Shown piece after piece: positions 33,080 to 39,141 of a stretch of DNA of 39,141 bases. The notes beneath the pieces were generated by a model. That model saw nothing but the letters and a program-made list of their open reading frames with translations, made no database searches and had not been told where the DNA came from. The stretch lies in assembly GCA_043228905.1 (NCBI GenBank), contig JBHGNT010000290.1, forward strand, positions 1-39,141. The letters run 5' to 3'. The DNA comes from Azolla caroliniana. Its lineage: Eukaryota > Plantae > Polypodiophyta. The stretch's first letter is position 1, and every line of letters starts with the position of its first letter. The translations under genes and the position numbers were made by a program.

Positions 33080-36000
33080 GGTCCATGCTGGTCGCTATGC
33101 TCAGAACAGTTCGTATGGATGTCATCTTCACGACTGGTGCGAATTTTTCGTCAAAGTCGACGCCCTTCCTCTGTTGGAAACCCTTCACCACTATGCGGGC
33201 TTTATACCTGGGCTCGCTGTCGACTTCTCCAGTCTTCATCTTGTAGACCCATTTATTCCTGAGTGCTCTCTTACCTTTCAGCAGCTCTACTAGGTCATAG
33301 GTGTAATTTGCGTGCAAGGATTCCATCTCCTCTTGCATCGCGTTCAACCATTTTTCTCAGCTCTCGTCGAAAATGGCTTCTTCATAGCACTCCAGTTCAC
33401 CATCATCAGTCAAGAGGACCTATTGACTGACATATGTAATTGGTGCCTTCCTTTCTCTGAGTGGGTACCTTCGTCCACTCGTTGTTGGCTCTATTCCGGA
33501 TGTCTCTGCCAACTCTTCTCTTTGCTCGGGATTCTACTCATCAATTGGCATCTCCAGGTTGGACAACTCCAACTCATATTCCTCAATTGATTTTAGCAGC
33601 TCTACCGACTCTGACTCATAGTATGTCGGTCTTTCCGAGTCGAGTGACTCGGATTCGGCTCTGTCGGCCAACTGTCTCCTTACAGTTGCTGGTGACAACT
33701 CACTTGGCCTTAAGTCGATGGTAGTCGAGATTGACTGGGGAGTCGGCTCCGACTTCTATTGTTTCTAGTCTTCAATTGTCTTGTCTTCTAGAAAGACTAC
33801 ATCCCGACTTCTCACTACCTTCTTGTCGACTAAGTCCAACAACCAGTAACCAAACTCATCTTCCGAGTATCCCATGAATATGCATGGTTTCGACTTGCTG
33901 TCGAGCTTTGACCTCTGATCCTTTGGTACATGGATATACGCCAAACATCCGAACACCCTCAGGTGTTGGTAGGAGACGTCCTTCCCTATCCACACCCTTT
34001 GTGGGACATCACCCTTTAATGGCACTAAGGGAGACATGTTGATCAGATAAACAGTTGTGTACATTGCCTCAGCCCAATAGGATTTCGGTAGTTTTGCATG
34101 GGAGAGCATGCTCCTTACTCTCTCCATGATTGTTCGATTCATCTTCTCTCCAAGCCCGTTCAACTCTGGGGTCTTTGGTATTGTGTATTCGATTTGAATA
34201 CCTTCGCTCTTGCAGTATTCTTCGAACTGCCCTTTGTATTCGCCACCGTTGTCGGTTCGGACAACCTTCAGTTTCCGACCCGACTCTCTTTCGGTTCTTG
34301 CCTAGAACTCCTTGAAAACCGACAATACTTGATCCTTTGACTTCAGTACGAAGGCCCATGTCTTCGACTATAGTCATCAATAAACGTTACAAAGTATTGT
34401 CCTCCTCGATGCGATGGAGCATCCACATAGCACACATCCGTGTGTACTAGTTCCAGTGCAATTTCTCTTCTTCTCGGTGGTCTCGAGTGGAATGTCGTCC
34501 TGATCTGCTTTCCGGCTAAGCAGTCGACACACTTCTCCAGGTGCACTCCCTTGACTTCTGGTAGAAGTTTCTGGTCGGCTAACAGTTGCATTCCCTTCTC
34601 ACTCATGTGGCCTAGCCTCTTATGCCATATCTCCCATGTCGAGTCGGCTGCCATGTTTACTTCTGATTTGCACAGTTGGGCATGCATTATGTACAATGTG
34701 CCTTCTTTCTGTGCTCGGGCCACTTTGAGATTTCCTCGACAGAACTTCCACTTGCCATTCCGAAAGTTACTACTATAGCCTTCGTCGTCAAGCTTTCCAG
34801 TCGATATCAGATTCAATATGATATCAGGGACGTGTCGAACATCCTTCAACGTTAGTCGACACCCTGTTAGCGTCGTTAAGCACACACTTCTGACTCCGGT
34901 TATCTTGCATTCTCCACTATCACCCATCTTTACATAGCCATGATCCCCGGCTATGTAAGTCGAGAAATAGTCTCTCGACGGAGTAATATGGAAGGATGCG
35001 CCATAATCAATCACCCAAGTGCACTCTTCGCTTGCAAGGTTTGCACTTGTCTGTTCACACATGAACACGAGTTCCTCATTGCTCGTAGCAATGGCCAAAG
35101 TGTTCCTTTCATCCGGAATTTTCCGGAGCTCGACATTATGTTCGACAGACTTATCTTTCCTCATGTGTCGGCAGTCCTTCTGGAAGTGTCCAGATTTTCC
35201 ACAATAAAAGCATACAGGCTTACCTCTAGAATTCGATCTGGCATGGGATTTGTCCGTTTGCTATGGACTTCTTCTTCGCCGGTCCCTTCCTCTGTCCATA
35301 TGTTGAGTCAGATTCGACCCCGTTTGGGACAAGAATCCTTTGTCTTTCCTCCTTGCCTCCTCATTTAGGATGCTTATCTTCACCGTCTATAAAGACAAGT
35401 TATCTTCTTGACAGGAGGTGCTGAGAGTAACCACTAGGTTCTCCCAGCTTTCCGGATGTGTGACATCAGCAGGATGGCCTACATTGCATCATCCAGGGAA
35501 AACTTGGTCGCAACAAGTTGATTTACATACCCCATGAACGTGTTGATGTCTTCGACGATGCTCTCACCGTCTCTGTATTTCAGCTGTACGATTTTTCTCA
35601 TTAGCAAGGTTCTATTTAGCGCGTTCTTCCTCTCGTATAGACCCGGGAGCTTCTGTCACATCTCGTGGGCATTAGTGTCGTTCGCCACATGTTGAAGGAC
35701 ACTTACATTGACACATTGTCAGATTATGGCCACCGTCTTCCTATTCAGAAGCTTCCAGTCTGACTCCAATACCCCCCTGGGTATTTCTGCTCTGTCGACT
35801 AGCTCGTACAGGTCTTTAACTATGGGAAGGTCTTCTATCTTTATCTTCAAGTTTGCATAGTTCTGTGAGTTCAGAACTATCGTACCTGGGAAACTGCTAA
35901 CACCTCCTTCCATGCTTGCACCTCCTTCCATGCTTGCACCTAAAGCTCTGATACTAGTTTGATGAGAAATTGTTGCGGAATTAATCACAATAATTAGACG

Positions 36001-39000
36001 AAGCTGAAATACGAATCATACAAAAATGTGAGAAAAGACAAGATAGACGACTATACACAGAGATTTACGTGGAAACCCTAAAACGGGGAAAACCACGGGA
36101 TCAGATTCTTCACTATACAAATAGTGGATATACAATAGCGAGAAGATTACAACACTCTCTCACGAGTGCATCAGCCGCACAGGGCTCTTCGCGTCTGTTG
36201 TTACACACACAACTATGGCACGACTCTTCCTTCTCTCACACTCTCTGTCTTTCTCTCTCACGTTCTACAACTTCTGTTTTTACACTCTGTTCTCAACTAA
36301 AAGTTTGCCCTAGTTGCATATATACTTATGCAAATTTCTGGTTATTTACATATGTAACCCTCATGGAGCGCACACTTAGACTATTTACAATTATAGTCTC
36401 CTGAGTTGGCTATATACACGTTTCTGGTTTTGGCCTCGGCCGAGTCACTCATCAACTCGGGTCCTCTCTCTTTCCCATCTAGAGGGACTTGTTTCCACAC
36501 ATCATCATCATTATTATTACTATAATAATAATAGTTGAATCTTCAAACAGTCGACTCACTGTTTTCGACTCTTCGACTGTCGGCTTTCCGAACAGTTGGA
36601 CCTTCCCTGTCATCGACTGTCAGCTTTCCGATTAGTCGGTTCTTCCTCCCACTGGAGGGACATAACATATTCCCAACACAACACACTATACCTGATGCAG
36701 GCTCGGATATGCTGGGAAGAAGTGAACGTAGCATCCGACACTGCCAGTGAGCTGTCATATGAGATAGAAGGGGATGAGAAGACTTACCGAAAACAACCTC
36801 ATTCTGGAGGTGAAGGATGTGCATCTTGAGAAGTGCATCAATTGCTTGGCCGGGAAGCAAAACCAAACCTCCTTATGCTCAAGACCACTGATGAGACGGA
36901 ATGCACTACTAAAGCTGGTGCATACCGATGTGTGTCAAGTGAAGACGAAGTTACATCCCAGATCGCAGTACTTTGTGACGTTCATAGATGACCACAACCA
37001 GAAGTTGTGGGCCTCACCGTTGAAGACAGAGGATTAAGTGTTGTCTGTCTTCAAGGAACTCCAAATGAGAGTGGAAAGAGAAACCGGTCGGAAGCTGAAG
37101 GCGGTTGGAGCAGATAACGGAGGAGAATACCGGGGGTAGTTCGAGGAGTACTACCGGTCGAAGGGAATCCGGCTCGAATTCACCATCCCGAAGACGCTGA
37201 AATTGAATGGCCTGGCCGAACGGATGAACCGGACTGTGATGGAGAGAGTCTGAAGCATGCTAGCACATGCAAAGTTACCCAAGACGTTTTGGGCTGAGGT
37301 GTTGATGACGGGAACGTACGTGATTAACAGGTCACCCTCGGAACCCTCGGAAGGAGACACACCACAGAGAGTATGGACCAGTAAAGACGTGTCTTAATGG
37401 CATTTGAAGGTGTTCGGGTGTCTCACATATGTGCTTGTTGCAAAGGACAAGAGAGCAAAGTTGGATCCGAAATCCCAGCCCTGCATATTCCTTGGATACT
37501 GTGATGATGAGTTTGGTCATTGAGTGTGAGACATGGTCGACAAGAAGGTGTTCCGGAGTCGGGATATAGTCTTCATGAAAGATAGGACCATTGCCGACTG
37601 GGAGTCGGAGAAGAAGGTGAAGAACTCCGGATCATCCAATGAAAACCTGTTTGAGGACACAAGAACCTACCCTGTTAAAAACCGAAGGTTAGCTGGTAAT
37701 TGGATGACACTCGACGAACCGGCCAATTTCGGACAAGAAACCAAACTGACCGAAGAAGAAGAAAAAGGAGTCACCGGAACCAGACAAGACACTGATTCAA
37801 ATTTTGATGAAGAACAAACGGAGGAACCAGTTTCCGAAAACCAAGGTTGGATATATCCTCTCCAAGAGAGAAGAGCCCAACAGAGATTCCCGGATGCAGA
37901 GCACGTATTGCTAACCGATGAGGGAGATTCGGAAAGCTTCGAAGAAGCAAAGAAAGACACCCACAGCCACAAGTGGTTGAGTGTCATGCAGGATGAGATG
38001 GATTCCCTGCATGAGAACCACACATACGAACTGACGGTGTTGCCGAAAGGAAAGAGAGCACTTCGGAACAAGTGGGTGTACAAGATGAAACAGGGAGACG
38101 CCGGAAATCCACCAAGGTATAAGGCCCGAATTGTAGTGAAGGGCTTCTAGTAGAAGAAAGGAGTGGACTTCGATGAGATCTTTGCCCCTGTAGTAAAGAT
38201 GACGTCCATCCGGATGGTATTGGGCCTCGAGGTAGATCAACTGGATGTCCAGACGACATTCCTACATGGCGACATCAAAGAAGAGATTTACATGCATCAA
38301 CTAGAAGGATTTGAAAAGAAAGGGAAGGAGCACTTGGTATGCCGGTTGAAGAAGAGCTTATACGGTTTGAAGAAGAGCCTACTAGAAGTTCGACCCCTTC
38401 ATGACGGATCAAGGGCACCACAAGACGCAAGCCGATCATTGTGTGTTTGTGAAGAAATTTGACGGAGGAGATTTCCTGATATCTCTCCTGTATGTGGACA
38501 ACATGTTGATTGTCGGATGAGACCAAGTCAAGATATGAATGCTGAAGAAGGCCCTAAACCGAACCTTCTCAATGAAAGACTTGGGTTCGGCAAGACAGAT
38601 TTTGGGGATGCACATCATCCGGGACCGGTCGAAGAAGTTGTTGTGGTTGTGGTTGTCACAGGAGAAGTACGTGACAAAGGTGTTTCAACGGTTCAACATG
38701 TCAGAGGCAAAACCGGTTGGATATGTTATGATTTATGCAAGGGACCTATATCGTGCCAATCAAGGCTATAGAAGTCCGTTGCACTGTCGACAATGGAAGC
38801 GGAGTACATGGCAACTGTGGAAGCCAGCAAGGAGATAATCTAGATGAAAGAATTCATCAGAGAGCAAGGGATCTGGCAGGAGAAATTCCAGCTCTACTAT
38901 GATAGTCAAAGTGCCATCCACCTTGTGAAGAATGCGGCCTATCATTCCCAGACCAAGCACATCTAGAGGAGATATCACTGGCTCCGGGGGAGAGTAGAAG

Positions 39001-39141
39001 ATCAAGACTTCATGCTGACGAAGATCCACACGAAGGAGAACGGATCAGATATGTTGACCAAGGTACTTTCAACCAACAAGTTGGATGCGTGCCGAAGACG
39101 GATTGGATTAACGAGAAATCCCATGCCAGAGTGAAGGGGGA

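Larger units (their letters stand above)
25755..36678 (-). mobile_element. Element F: full-length degraded Ty1/Copia inside G, split by E
   Basis: LTRs 25755-26468 and 35960-36678; TSD CAACA; PBS TAGTATCAGAGC 35945-35956; PPT 26469-26483; gag-PR-IN-RT 35930-33085 and RT-RNase H 27722-26485 with stops and frameshifts. Confidence 0.92.
23463..39141 (+). mobile_element. Element G: degraded Ty1/Copia (older relative of E), split by a Gypsy solo LTR and by F; 3' LTR beyond window
   Basis: 5' LTR 23463-24029, PBS TGGTATTAGAGC 24033-24044, gag from 24056, CFYCGKPGHFQKNC, WVVDFGAS; resumes at 36684 (TLYLMQAR) through integrase, RT and RNase H to PPT GAGTGAAGGGGGA at the window end. Confidence 0.9.

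Overview
No host gene is recognisable. The window is a deeply nested LTR-retrotransposon island, probably from a non-seed plant such as a moss (inferred from the element types). Left part (1-22555): a chromodomain Ty3/Gypsy element (A, +) is inserted in a stack of tRNA-Trp-primed non-chromovirus, Phygy-like Gypsy elements. B contains C, C contains D, and D contains LTRs W, X (with Y) and Z; boundaries were resolved from TG..CA ends and target-site duplications (TSDs). Right part (22563-39141): Tnt1/Tork-like Ty1/Copia elements, with G containing F and F containing E; E is intact and very young. Best leads: (1) a conserved candidate -1 ribosomal frameshift cassette (G_GAU_UUY_stop plus a covarying stem/pseudoknot) between protease and RT in three diverged elements; (2) all six readable Phygy-like integration sites are 4-bp, CpG-centred targets; (3) antisense tRNA-type A/B boxes in LTRs of two Gypsy lineages, next to heat-shock-element arrays in one lineage; (4) a 671-bp near-perfect palindrome built from LTR U3. 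Everything was read by eye and clade names are tentative.
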